From Deinococcota bacterium (GTDB lineage Bacteria > Deinococcota > Deinococci > Deinococcales > Thermaceae): 44,071 nt of DNA. Shown here in pieces: positions 1-9,470 of this stretch; position 1 is the first letter of the stretch; each line of letters starts with the position of its first letter. The translations under genes were made by a program, and so were the position numbers. The DNA is taken from the NCBI GenBank assembly GCA_041695225.1, contig JBGFRI010000002.1, forward strand, positions 1-44,071. The letters run 5' to 3'. The notes under the pieces were generated by a model. That model had not been told where the DNA came from. It searched no databases and worked only from the letters and a program-made list of their open reading frames with translations.

Positions 1-165
1 TTTCCCTCTAACACCAGTAAGCTTCGCTTCCTCTGGAATGGCATATCTGGCTCCTTTGTTACTGCCATAATGCCATAAACCGAACAGATATTGCAACGTT
101 ATATTATGAACGATCTACTAGTACACAACCCATAAACTCTGGTGTAGACACGAGGGAGCCACTGA

Positions 166-1266
166 ATGAGTACCACCCAAACCCCTATCTCCATTGCTGA
201 GACGCTGCGTAGTATGGTTCAGTCCCGGGCCTCGGATATACACTTGCAGGCTGGTGCGCCGCCCACGGTACGCATTGACGGCAAGCTTAAGCCCTTTGGC
301 CACAAGGTTCTTTCGCCTAGCGATGTTGAGAACATCGTGCGTAGCCTGCTTAATCCCACACAGCTGGAGGAGCTTGAGTACAAGAAAGAAATGGACTTTG
401 CCTACACTGTGCCAGGGCTGGCCCGCTTTCGCTGCAACTTACTTCACCAGCGCGGTAGTTTTGGTCTAGTGATGCGGGTAGTGGCCGAGTCCATCCCCAG
501 CTTTGAGGCCCTGGGGCTGCCTCGTCCGGTTATGGAGGAGCTGGCTTCGCGCGATCGCGGCCTGGTGCTGGTGACTGGCCCAACCGGCTCGGGTAAGTCC
601 ACCACCCTGGCTGCCCTGATTGACCACATCAACCTGCACTTCCCCAAAAATATCGTCACCATCGAAGACCCCATCGAGTTCTTACACAAGCACAAGAAAA
701 GCCTGGTGGTGCAGCGCGAAGTGGGGGTAGACACCGAATCTTTCAGCTCGGGTCTCAAATACTCCATGCGCCAGGACCCCGATGTAATCCTGATCGGCGA
801 GATGCGCGACCGCGAGACCGTGGAAGCTGCCATCATGGCCGCCCAGACCGGCCACCTGGTATTTTCCACCCTGCACACGCTGGACTCGGTGCGGACCATC
901 AACCGCATCATTGACTTCTTTCCCCTGCACGAACACCTGCAAATTCGCATTTTGCTAGCCGACTCACTCTTGGGCATTGTCTCACAGCGCTTGCTGCCCA
1001 GGGCCGATGGACAAGGGCGGATGCTGGCCCTAGAGATTCTGCTGGCCACACCTTTTGTGCGCGACCTTATCAAGGACGAACACAAGACCTCCCAGATCAA
1101 AGACTCTATGCTGCAAGACAATTTGCGCGGTATGCAGACCTTCGACCAGCACTTAGCAGAGCTGTATACGCAGGGCCATATCAGCCTCGAGGACGCAGAA
1201 TACTCCGCCACCAGCCCCCACGAGCTCAAACTGATGCTGACCAAGTCCACCGGGCGCGGGTATTAG
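166..1266 (+). CDS. pilT: Type IV pilus retraction ATPase, PilT/PilU family
   Basis: SDIHL N-terminus, Walker A GPTGSGKSTT, Asp box EDPIE, Walker B ILIGEMRD, His box GHLVFSTLH, C-terminal GMQTFDQ. The AIRNLIRE motif is diverged (FVRDLIKD), so this may be a second PilT/PilU paralog. Confidence 0.92.
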   Translation: MSTTQTPISIAETLRSMVQSRASDIHLQAGAPPTVRIDGKLKPFGHKVLSPSDVENIVRSLLNPTQLEELEYKKEMDFAYTVPGLARFRCNLLHQRGSFGLVMRVVAESIPSFEALGLPRPVMEELASRDRGLVLVTGPTGSGKSTTLAALIDHINLHFPKNIVTIEDPIEFLHKHKKSLVVQREVGVDTESFSSGLKYSMRQDPDVILIGEMRDRETVEAAIMAAQTGHLVFSTLHTLDSVRTINRIIDFFPLHEHLQIRILLADSLLGIVSQRLLPRADGQGRMLALEILLATPFVRDLIKDEHKTSQIKDSMLQDNLRGMQTFDQHLAELYTQGHISLEDAEYSATSPHELKLMLTKSTGRGY

Positions 1267-1303
1267 ATAATCCAGCCCGAGGTAGTATCGCCAGACCCTA
1301 ACA

Positions 1304-2302
1304 CTAAATCAGCACGCTCACCGACTGGTTGGTGTGCACCCGCCGGATGGCCTGCGCCAGGAGGGGCGCTATGGGCAGGATGGTATAGCCCAGGGCCGGG
1401 TTGAGCGCGATGGTATCGGTAAAGACCACCTCGCGGATGGCCGGGTGGGCCAGGTTCTCACGGGCGTTGCCCACCAGCACTGCGTGCGAGGCCATTACCA
1501 CAACCTCGGGAAGCGCCCCGGCGGCCACCAGGGCCTCTACCCCGCGCCGGATGGTCCCGCCGGTAGAGACAATATCGTCAATGATCACGGGGCGCCGGCC
1601 CGCCGCATCCCCAATCACATAGCTGACCTGGGTCTCGCGCGGGCCTATGCGCCTTTTCGCCAGGATTGCTAGCGGAAGGTTCAGGCGTTCGGAAAGGCGG
1701 CGGGCCTGTTCGGCTCTGCCTGAGTCGGGCGAGACCACCACCGCATTTTCGGTCAGGCGCTGGTTTTCCAGATACTCGGCGAATAGCCGCACCGCCGAAA
1801 GTTCGTCCACCGGCTGATAAAAAAAACCTTGAATCTGCGGGGCGTGCAGGTCAACGGTAATCACCCGGTGGATGCCCACATGTTCTAGCAGACCCGCTAC
1901 CAGCCGGGCAGTGATGGGCTCGCGGCCCCGGGTTTGCTTGTCCTGGCGGGCGTAGCCAAAGTAGGGAATCACTGCGTTGATGCGCTCGGCGCTGCTGCGC
2001 CGCACAGCATCAGCCAGGACCAGCAGCTCCATCAGGTTTTCGTTTACCGGCGGGGCAGTGGGCTGGATCAGGTATACATCGTCGCCGCGAATGCTCTCCA
2101 GCAGACGCACCTGCACCTCGCCGTCGGGGAAGCGTTCAACCGTGGCCTCGCCTAGCCTGATGCCCAGGGCTCTGGCGACTGCTTCGGCCAGGGGGCGGTT
2201 GGCATTGCCGCAAAAGAGCTTGACGTGACCTCCGTCGGTGTGCTTCAAATCCTCCACAAGCTCCGACCCCAGCCGCTGCTCTGTTATGGATGCTCCCCCC
2301 AT
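1304..2302 (-). CDS. prs: Ribose-phosphate pyrophosphokinase
   Basis: FPDGE, PYFGYARQDK, DLHAPQIQGFF, VSPDSG and IIDDIVSTGGT motifs. Start placed at ATG 2302 behind GAAGGAG rather than the ORF-track start at 2377. Confidence 0.95.
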   Translation of the reverse strand: MGGASITEQRLGSELVEDLKHTDGGHVKLFCGNANRPLAEAVARALGIRLGEATVERFPDGEVQVRLLESIRGDDVYLIQPTAPPVNENLMELLVLADAVRRSSAERINAVIPYFGYARQDKQTRGREPITARLVAGLLEHVGIHRVITVDLHAPQIQGFFYQPVDELSAVRLFAEYLENQRLTENAVVVSPDSGRAEQARRLSERLNLPLAILAKRRIGPRETQVSYVIGDAAGRRPVIIDDIVSTGGTIRRGVEALVAAGALPEVVVMASHAVLVGNARENLAHPAIREVVFTDTIALNPALGYTILPIAPLLAQAIRRVHTNQSVSVLI

Positions 2303-2681
2303 GCTTTCTCCTTCCCCTGTACGCGCACCACTGCCAACCCGACGAGCTGACCCAGATGCCTCAGTATACCCGTGCACCCCAGTGCCCCGTCCAGCTCAAA
2401 CCGGTGTGGAGATAGATGGGTAGTTGTAACAAGTAATTTCTTCAAGGCTGCTGAGGTGCCCGGGGGCTCTCACCAGAGCCTGCTCCAGCACCCAACACAG
2501 CGCGGTCTGTGGTGAAAAGTAAATCACTTGCAGGAGGGCTTGTTTGCGAAACGCGATCAAGAAACCTTTGCAGCTGTGGTAGGTTTCCCGTTTTGGAGGG
2601 AAGTTTTACCGGTGCGGTATACTTGCTGCCTAGAGCCTGGAGGTCTGGATGCCCCTGTCCTGGCCCGCTGGAGGATCGAAG

Positions 2682-3029
2682 ATGTCCAAGCACAGAATTT
2701 TCAGTACTGAGTTCTCGAAGGTTTATCCGCTATATGTTCAAAAAGCGGAGCGCAAGCATCGCTCGACAGCAGAGGTCGATCAGATTATCTGCTGGCTGAC
2801 TGGCTATAACCAGGCCGGTTTGGAAGAGCAAATTACACAACATAGCGATTTCGAGACCCTTTTTGCTCGAGCTCCTGCCATTCATCCAAATGCTTCGCTG
2901 ATCAAAGGCGTGGTTTGTGGAGTCCGGGTAGAAGAAGTAAAAGACCCGCTGATGCAGAAAATACGCTATCTGGACAAGCTGATAGACGAGCTTGCGAAAG
3001 GAAAAGCCTTGGAGCAGATTCTGCGGTGA
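2682..3029 (+). CDS. DUF2200-family protein
   Basis: [30 protein letters not shown] and [14 protein letters not shown] are typical of DUF2200. GGAGG RBS precedes ATG 2682. Confidence 0.85.
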   Translation: MSKHRIFSTEFSKVYPLYVQKAERKHRSTAEVDQIICWLTGYNQAGLEEQITQHSDFETLFARAPAIHPNASLIKGVVCGVRVEEVKDPLMQKIRYLDKLIDELAKGKALEQILR

Positions 3030-3264
3030 CCGGTGCGACTAACAAATGCCAGCCGAGGCGCTTTGCGGTACTGCTTCGCGTGGAGGTCAGGTAGATCGGC
3101 AACAAACCCAACCCCACCGCCATTGCCTTTGCTTTACCACAACCCCTCGGCTTTGCTGATTGCTAAAAGTTCTGGTTGGGGTTGGTCTCCGAGGAACACT
3201 TTTTGAGGCGGATATTGTTTTTGTTTGCGAAGTGGATCTGGTGCCTAAGTTTGCCCGAAACTAA

Positions 3265-3948
3265 TCAACTGCTCAAAACCCTGCCAACCAGACTGGCCAG
3301 GCGTTCTGAGGCGCTATCCAGAAAGGTTTCAAATGCGATTGGGGCCTCGCTGCCGGCCTGGTCGGTGATGGCGCGCAGGAGGACCATGGGCATTCCCATG
3401 CGTTTGGCCGTCCACAGTGCGGCTGCTCCCTCCATCTCGACTGCATCGGCGGCAAATACCCGGCGCACCTCATCGGCCTGGTTGCGCTGGGCCAGAAAAC
3501 GGTCTGCGCTGGCAATGCGCCCCAGGTAGATGGGCAGACCCATGGCCAGTGCAGTGCGCAAAACCTTGGAGGTAAGCCCGGCATCGGCGGGGATAAAGCG
3601 CTCACCTGTGGCAAGCTCGCCCGGAGCACGTCCAAAGGCGGTTATGTCTACGTCGTACTGCACGGCATCCTGAGCCAGTACCAGATCCAGAGTTTTGAGG
3701 TCGGGGTTCAGGGCCCCCGCCACACCCACCCAGAATGACTGCGCTGGGTTGAAGCGAACCCTGGCGTAGGCCACCGCTGCTGCGGCTGCTGCTTTGCCCA
3801 CCCCAGTCTCGATGAGCACCACCGGGTAGCGCCCCAACTCCCCCTGGTGCATGGTCCAGGGGCCATCTACGGCCTTTTGCAGGCTTAGTTGTTTCCGTAA
3901 AGCCTGGGCTTCGGCTCCTTCGGCGGCAAATAGGGCGACCATGGGCAT
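3265..3948 (-). CDS. mtnN: 5'-methylthioadenosine/S-adenosylhomocysteine nucleosidase
   Basis: GVGKAAAA, GVAGAL, QYDVDITAFG, VEMEGAA and RAITDQA motifs; directly downstream of luxS. Confidence 0.9.
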   Translation of the reverse strand: MPMVALFAAEGAEAQALRKQLSLQKAVDGPWTMHQGELGRYPVVLIETGVGKAAAAAAVAYARVRFNPAQSFWVGVAGALNPDLKTLDLVLAQDAVQYDVDITAFGRAPGELATGERFIPADAGLTSKVLRTALAMGLPIYLGRIASADRFLAQRNQADEVRRVFAADAVEMEGAAALWTAKRMGMPMVLLRAITDQAGSEAPIAFETFLDSASERLASLVGRVLSS

Positions 3949-4106
3949 ACTGGGCTAGCCTAGCACTCACACCGCATAACATCCAGCATCGGCTGGGTGA
4001 TGAGATGGCGGGGGATGGGAGTGATTAATCTATCGGTGCTCCGGCGGAACTCCGACAAACCCCAGATCAGGGTCGGGGTAAACCGGACCACCCCCGATAG
4101 AAAGCT

Positions 4107-4586
4107 TCATTCGGTAATCTCGAGGGTCTCTTGTATGCGTAAGCCCTCATCCAGCACCCGCTGTGCCCAGGCCCGGGCGCCGCTCGGGTCGTGGTCGCGG
4201 TAGTTGCCGCACTCGAGCTCGCTTACCCCCGGCACGGGCCGGGTGTGCCGGACCACATCCCCGAGGGTGGCCTGGAAGGCCTCCAGCACCTTCTCGGGCC
4301 CTGGCTCGCCCAGCACAACCATATAAAACCCGGTGCGGCAGCCCATGGGCGAGATGTCTACCACCCCATCCAGATGGCTGCGGATATAGGTGGCCAGCAG
4401 ATGCTCGAGGGTGTGGATGGCGCCGCTACTCAGGACGTCCTGGTTGGGCTGGGCCAGGCGTAGATCGTATTTCTCGATCTGGTCGCCCCTGGGGGTCTTT
4501 TTGACCCCCGCCAGCCGCACGTAAGGCGCCCGGACTTTCTTGTGGTCGAGGCGAAAGGACTCTGGTATTACCAGGGGCTTGGACAT
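4107..4586 (-). CDS. luxS: S-ribosylhomocysteine lyase (AI-2 synthase)
   Basis: ESFRLDH, HTLEH metal motif, SPMGCRTGFY, CGNY. Confidence 0.97.
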   Translation of the reverse strand: MSKPLVIPESFRLDHKKVRAPYVRLAGVKKTPRGDQIEKYDLRLAQPNQDVLSSGAIHTLEHLLATYIRSHLDGVVDISPMGCRTGFYMVVLGEPGPEKVLEAFQATLGDVVRHTRPVPGVSELECGNYRDHDPSGARAWAQRVLDEGLRIQETLEITE

Positions 4587-4644
4587 GCCTTTGATTCTAC
4601 CAGGATGGCCATGCGGGGATGAATTTTAGTCGGGAGATACTGCG

Positions 4645-4913
4645 CTAATCCCGTAGTTTTTTTCACAGCTCTGGGGTTAGCAGCAAGAATACCGGAATGA
4701 GTTCAAGGCGTCCGGCCCACATCTGGAAGATCAGGATGATCTTGAAAAGGGGTTCCAGCCCGGCAATGCTCCCCATTGGGCCGACCTCCCCCAGCCCCGG
4801 CCCAATGTTGCCTACCGCCTGGGCGCTCGCAGTAAAGCCGACCACCAGGTCGTTCTCAAGTAAAAAGCAAACCGCAGATTCTTGATTGGCGAAGGTTTGA
4901 GGCTTGTTTTCAT
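4645..4913 (-). pseudogene. Internally deleted second TrkH paralog
   Basis: A short N-terminal piece (MKTSLKPSPIKNLRFAFYL from ATG 4913) is joined out of frame to a TrkH C-terminus (ENDLVVGFTASAQAVGNIGPGLGEVGP...QMWAGRLE...TPEL*KKLRD*). A premature TGA at 4663-4665 replaces the Trp of the intact copy. Confidence 0.8.
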
Positions 4914-4937
4914 GATGGCCTGGGCAGCTTTGTGGCC

Positions 4938-6422
4938 TTATGCCCGCAGCCTGCGCCACAGCTCGGGGGTGAAGAGCGAAAATACGGCAATTAGCTCGAT
5001 GCGCCCGGCCCACATCTGAAAGATCATGACTGCTTTGGAGATAGGGTGGAGGTGGCCGTAATTGGCCATCGGCCCCACATCCCCTAGCCCCGGCCCCACA
5101 TTGCCAATGGCGGCTGCGGAGGCGGTAAAAGCCACCACGAAGTCCTCTTCCAGAATGCCCATAATGAGTACTCCTGTGGCAAACAGGGCCACGTATAAGG
5201 TAATGAAAGCCGCAACAGCTCGCAGTACATCCTCACCAATATTTTTGTTGCCCACGCGCAAAGGCAGCACCGCCTGGGGGTGCAAGGCCCGCTGTAGCTC
5301 TCGCCGAACCAGCGCACCAATCACCAGCCAGCGGATGACCTTTATGCTGCCCCCCACACTGCCGGCGCTTCCGCCAATGAACATCAGCATTACCAGCAGG
5401 GTCTGGGCGGGCACTACCCAGAGGCCGAAGTCGGTTGAGGCAAAGCCGGTGCCGGTGATGATGGAGGCGGTCTGAAAGAAGGCGTGGCGCAGGGCGGGCT
5501 CGAGCTCGTAGCCCTGGCGCACAACCAGTATGCTGGCAATTGCCGCCGCTACCAGGGCGATAACCGCGGCATAGGCCCGGAACTCGGGGTCGCGTAAGGG
5601 TGCTGCAAAGTCACGGCCAAAAATGACCCGGTATTGCAGCAGCAGGTTTACCCCGGTCAGGAACATCACCACCGCGGCAATCCACTGGGTGATGGGGGCA
5701 TAGGCAGCGAAGCTCTGCGGGTTGGGGCTAAAACCCCCTGCCGATACGCTGGAGAAGGTGTTGGCAACTGCTTCGAAGGCCGGCACCCCAGAGGCCAGGT
5801 AAGCGGCCAGGGTCAGTGCGCTAAGCAGAAGATAAACCCGCAGGATATTGGTGGCGGTCTGGCGTAGCTTGGGGGTCAGCTGTTGCTTTTGCACCCCGGT
5901 TATCTCGGCAAAAAACATCTGGCGTCCCGCCAGGGCCAGGTGCGGCAGCACCACAATAAAGAGCAGCAGAATGCCCATCCCGCCAAACCACTGGGTTAAA
6001 GAGCGCCAAAAGAACAGGCCGTAGCTGAACTGATTGAAGTCGGTCAGAACGCTGGCCCCGGTGGTGCTGAAGCCGGAGGTAGCCTCGAAAAGGGCATCCA
6101 GATAACTCATGCCGCCCGAAAGCCAGAAGGGGATGGCCCCCAGGATGGGAACCATCATCCATAACCCGGCCACAGTCAAAAGGGCTTCGGCCCGGCGTGG
6201 CTCGGCCTGGGGGCTGCCCAGTTGTCGTAGCACGAACCCCAGCAGCAGGCCCACCGCCGCCCCGACAAAAAATCCCAGCCCATCCTCACCCAGCAGGGTG
6301 TCGGCCAGGCCCAGCAGAGCCATCACCGCCCCAAGGGCAATGTAGACCGTTCCGGTCATGAAGGTTGCGACCGGAATCGGATTGGAGGCGGCGGCCTTAG
6401 CGAATCTGGGCCAGGACTTCAT
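4938..6422 (-). CDS. trkH: Trk potassium uptake membrane subunit
   Basis: SGFSTTGAS, WFGGMG, GGFS, TGTGF, GGSIK, GNVGPG and GRIE pore-loop motifs; multiple TM segments; overlaps the end of trkA. Confidence 0.95.
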   Translation of the reverse strand: MKSWPRFAKAAASNPIPVATFMTGTVYIALGAVMALLGLADTLLGEDGLGFFVGAAVGLLLGFVLRQLGSPQAEPRRAEALLTVAGLWMMVPILGAIPFWLSGGMSYLDALFEATSGFSTTGASVLTDFNQFSYGLFFWRSLTQWFGGMGILLLFIVVLPHLALAGRQMFFAEITGVQKQQLTPKLRQTATNILRVYLLLSALTLAAYLASGVPAFEAVANTFSSVSAGGFSPNPQSFAAYAPITQWIAAVVMFLTGVNLLLQYRVIFGRDFAAPLRDPEFRAYAAVIALVAAAIASILVVRQGYELEPALRHAFFQTASIITGTGFASTDFGLWVVPAQTLLVMLMFIGGSAGSVGGSIKVIRWLVIGALVRRELQRALHPQAVLPLRVGNKNIGEDVLRAVAAFITLYVALFATGVLIMGILEEDFVVAFTASAAAIGNVGPGLGDVGPMANYGHLHPISKAVMIFQMWAGRIELIAVFSLFTPELWRRLRA

Positions 6423-7734
6423 CGGCCACCTGCCGGTCAGTCAGTACCAGTAGTTTGTCGCCGCCAGTAACCGCCAGAGTGGGGGCGCCCAGATAAACTT
6501 TGGTGCCGCGCTCGAGGGCCACCGCCACCGCACCCCTGGGCAGGGGCAGCTTGTCAAAGGGTGTTTCGCGGAAGCTGGCCGGCAGCTCGAACTCCAGCAA
6601 CTCTACCTGGTCTTCGATCAGGGCCAGGTGGTCTACGTTGTCGGGGGCAATCCAGTCCACCACCTCGCGCACGGCGGCGGCCCGCGGGGTGAGGGGAATA
6701 TCTATGCCGACAAATTCAAACAGGCGGCGGTTCTCGCCCCGGTTGACCCGGGTGATGACCTTGGCCACCCCAACCTGCTTGGCCAGGAGCGAGACCAGCA
6801 GGTTTTTCTCGTCGTTTTCGGTGACCGCGACCATCACGTCTACCTGTTCGAGCCCTTCCGATACCAGGAGCTCCAGATCGGTGCCATCACCCTCGAGCAC
6901 CAGTGCGCCGGGTAGGTGCTCGGCCAGCCAGGCGCAGCGCTCGGGGTTGTGGTCAATGATGGTCACCTCGAGGCGGTGCCGTAGTAACTGCTGTGCAACC
7001 ATATACCCCACATTGCCGCCTCCCACCACCATCACCCGCCGCACCCGCCCTTTGGGTACGAAACAGGCCTGAATGGCGTCGAATCCCTGTGGGGTAGCCA
7101 TGAAAAAGATGCGGTCGTCGGGCTTTAGGGCTAACTGGGTGAAGTCGGGGTCGTTAGCGGCGTAAAACTTGCCGTCGCGCAAAATGCCGGCCAGAAAACT
7201 ACCGTGGGGCCATTCCAACTGCGCCAGCTCCTTGTCCGCATAGGGGCCACCCTCCCGCACCTGATACTCCACAAAGCGCAGCCGCCCCCCTGCCAACACC
7301 TCGGTATCTACCGCTCCGGGAACGCGTATGACCTCTACAATCTCCCGGGCCAGCGAGCGCTGAGGCCAGAAGACCTGGTCAATGCGGGTGCCCAGAATCT
7401 CTACCGTGCGGGGATCGGTAAGAATATCCACGTAGGACTGCTTTCCCACAAAGCACAGGGTTTCTTTGGCCCCCAGCCCCTTGGCCAGCATACAAGCGAT
7501 CAGATTGACCTCGTCCCAGTTAGTCGAAGCCAGGAAAATGTCGCAGAGATCTACCCTGGCCTCTCGCAGGGTTTCCGGGTCAGTTACACTGCCAATAACT
7601 ACCTGCACGTCTAGCCCGCCCATCCGTTCCTTGGCCTCGGTATTGGTGTCCACCACCACCAGGTCGTGCTGGGTGTGCAGGGCTTTGGCAATTTGTGAGC
7701 CAATCTCGCCTCCGCCGGCAATTACGATAAACAT
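6397..7734 (-). CDS. trkA: Trk potassium uptake NAD-binding subunit
   Basis: Two RCK/Rossmann motifs (IAGGGEIG, VGGGNVG). Start ATG 7734 follows GGAG. Confidence 0.95.
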   Translation of the reverse strand: MFIVIAGGGEIGSQIAKALHTQHDLVVVDTNTEAKERMGGLDVQVVIGSVTDPETLREARVDLCDIFLASTNWDEVNLIACMLAKGLGAKETLCFVGKQSYVDILTDPRTVEILGTRIDQVFWPQRSLAREIVEVIRVPGAVDTEVLAGGRLRFVEYQVREGGPYADKELAQLEWPHGSFLAGILRDGKFYAANDPDFTQLALKPDDRIFFMATPQGFDAIQACFVPKGRVRRVMVVGGGNVGYMVAQQLLRHRLEVTIIDHNPERCAWLAEHLPGALVLEGDGTDLELLVSEGLEQVDVMVAVTENDEKNLLVSLLAKQVGVAKVITRVNRGENRRLFEFVGIDIPLTPRAAAVREVVDWIAPDNVDHLALIEDQVELLEFELPASFRETPFDKLPLPRGAVAVALERGTKVYLGAPTLAVTGGDKLLVLTDRQVADEVLAQIR

Positions 7735-7899
7735 GGCAAACTCCAGTTTGCTTTGCACCTAGAGTCGAAAACTAATGGAGGAAGGCCCCGAAGGCACGGA
7801 CACTGCGCCGCGCCGCCTGAGGGTCCATGCCTTAATAATTTCCAGGTGCCCAAGCCGAGACTGACTTGAAAAGGTTCCATAACCCGAACTTGGCTAAGC

Positions 7900-9315
7900 T
7901 TACACCCGGGTTGTCTCTATGGCTATGCCACCCATCACCGGTACGCCCGGCTTCCAGGGCACCAGCCCGACCTTCTGCCCATACAGGTCGTAGGCCTCGA
8001 ACCGGTCAACCCTCACCTTGATGATATCGCCAATTTTGACTGTCCCGTCGGTCCCGGCCCAGACCAGCCCATCAATGCCGGGGGCATCGTGCTTGGAGCG
8101 GCCTATCACCTGTCCGGGCAGCTCGCCGTAGTCGTCTACTATGACCTCCAGGGTCTGGCCGACCTTAGCCTGGTTTTTCTCCTGGCTGATGCCTTGCTGT
8201 AAGGTCATGAGGCGGGCCCGGCGCTCTTCCTTGACCTCCTCTGGCACCGCCCCCGGCAGCGCGTTGGCCTGGGCCCCCTGCACTGCCGAGTAGGTAAAAC
8301 AGCCCACCCGGTCCAGCCTGGCCTCGGCGATAAAGTCTAACAGCAGCCCGAAGTCCTCCTCGGTTTCGCCGGGAAAGCCCACAATAAAGCTCGAGCGTAT
8401 GGCCAGATCGGGGGCAGTGGAGCGCCATTCCTTAATGGTCCTCAGGTGGCTCTCGGCCCCCCCAGGGCGGCGCATGGCCCGCAGGATTTTAGGTGACGCA
8501 TGCTGCAATGGCACATCCAGGTAGGGCAGCAGCCTGCCCTCGGCCATCAGTGGAACCAGCTGGCTCACCTGAGGATAGGGGTAGACATAATGCAGCCGCA
8601 GCCAGGCGCCCAGCCCTGCCAGCTCACTCACCAGCTCCACCAGATGGGCCCGCACCTTCCTGCCTGCGTATTCCGACTCGCGGTGGCGGATATCCACCCC
8701 ATAGGCCGAGGTGTCCTGCGCAATCACCAGCAGCTCTTTGGTACCCGTGGCAACCAGCCGGGTGGCCTCGAACAGGATATCGGCGGCGTCGCGGCTCTCT
8801 TGCATACCACGCAGCTGGGGGATGATACAGAAGCTGCACTGGTGGTTGCAGCCCTCGGCAATTTTCAGGTAGGCATAGTGGCGCGGGGTCAGTCTGACCG
8901 TACTCGAGTGCTGGGGCAGTATACCGCTCCCGCTACCCTGGGAGGGAATCAGGGTGGTAAAGGGGTTGGTATCGGCTGGAACAGTCTGGCGCACTGCCCT
9001 GAGCACCCTGTCTACCTCGCCGGGGCCGGTGACTTCCAGTACCTGAGGGTGGGCCTGCTTGATGACCTCCGGACGCGCACCCAGGCAGCCGGTCACGATC
9101 ACCCGGCCGTTTTCCGACAGGGCCTCACCAATGGCCGAGAGCGACTCCTCTATCGCCGGGGTGATGAAGCCGCAGGTGTTCACCACCACCACGTCGGCGC
9201 CCTGGTAGGTGGGGGAGGTCTGGTACCCTTCGGCCCTCAGGCGTGAAAGAATCTGCTGTGAATCTACCAGGGCTTTGGGGCAGCCCAGACTTACAAACCC
9301 GACCTTGCCTGCCAT
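7900..9315 (-). CDS. rimO: Ribosomal protein S12 methylthiotransferase
   Basis: [17 protein letters not shown], radical SAM motif CNHQCSFC, C-terminal TRAM region (DAPGIDG). Start ATG 9315 follows AGGAG. Confidence 0.96.
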   Translation of the reverse strand: MAGKVGFVSLGCPKALVDSQQILSRLRAEGYQTSPTYQGADVVVVNTCGFITPAIEESLSAIGEALSENGRVIVTGCLGARPEVIKQAHPQVLEVTGPGEVDRVLRAVRQTVPADTNPFTTLIPSQGSGSGILPQHSSTVRLTPRHYAYLKIAEGCNHQCSFCIIPQLRGMQESRDAADILFEATRLVATGTKELLVIAQDTSAYGVDIRHRESEYAGRKVRAHLVELVSELAGLGAWLRLHYVYPYPQVSQLVPLMAEGRLLPYLDVPLQHASPKILRAMRRPGGAESHLRTIKEWRSTAPDLAIRSSFIVGFPGETEEDFGLLLDFIAEARLDRVGCFTYSAVQGAQANALPGAVPEEVKEERRARLMTLQQGISQEKNQAKVGQTLEVIVDDYGELPGQVIGRSKHDAPGIDGLVWAGTDGTVKIGDIIKVRVDRFEAYDLYGQKVGLVPWKPGVPVMGGIAIETTRV

Positions 9316-9470
9316 TGCATCTCCTGCGCGCCGGTGGCGCGACAACATTGCCGAGTATAGCAGCTATTCCACCAAAAATCCCTACATAAATAACAGGAAT
9401 GCCTGGCCGGGCTGGCTCGATGCCAGATTTTTGCCCTGGCTTTATACTGGGCGAAAGTACAGGAGGAGCA

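Noticed and set aside
2682..3100. DUF2200 gene as an isolated integron cassette (GACTAAC after the stop)
   Set aside because: No complementary GTTAGTC upstream and no paired L boxes or R' downstream.
3950..4640. SAH/SAM riboswitch around luxS-mtnN
   Set aside because: No consensus motifs seen, and both genes look leaderless.
7740..7899. c-di-AMP (ydaO) riboswitch upstream of trkA
   Set aside because: I could not find the conserved ydaO sequence elements; an Rfam scan would be needed to exclude it fully.
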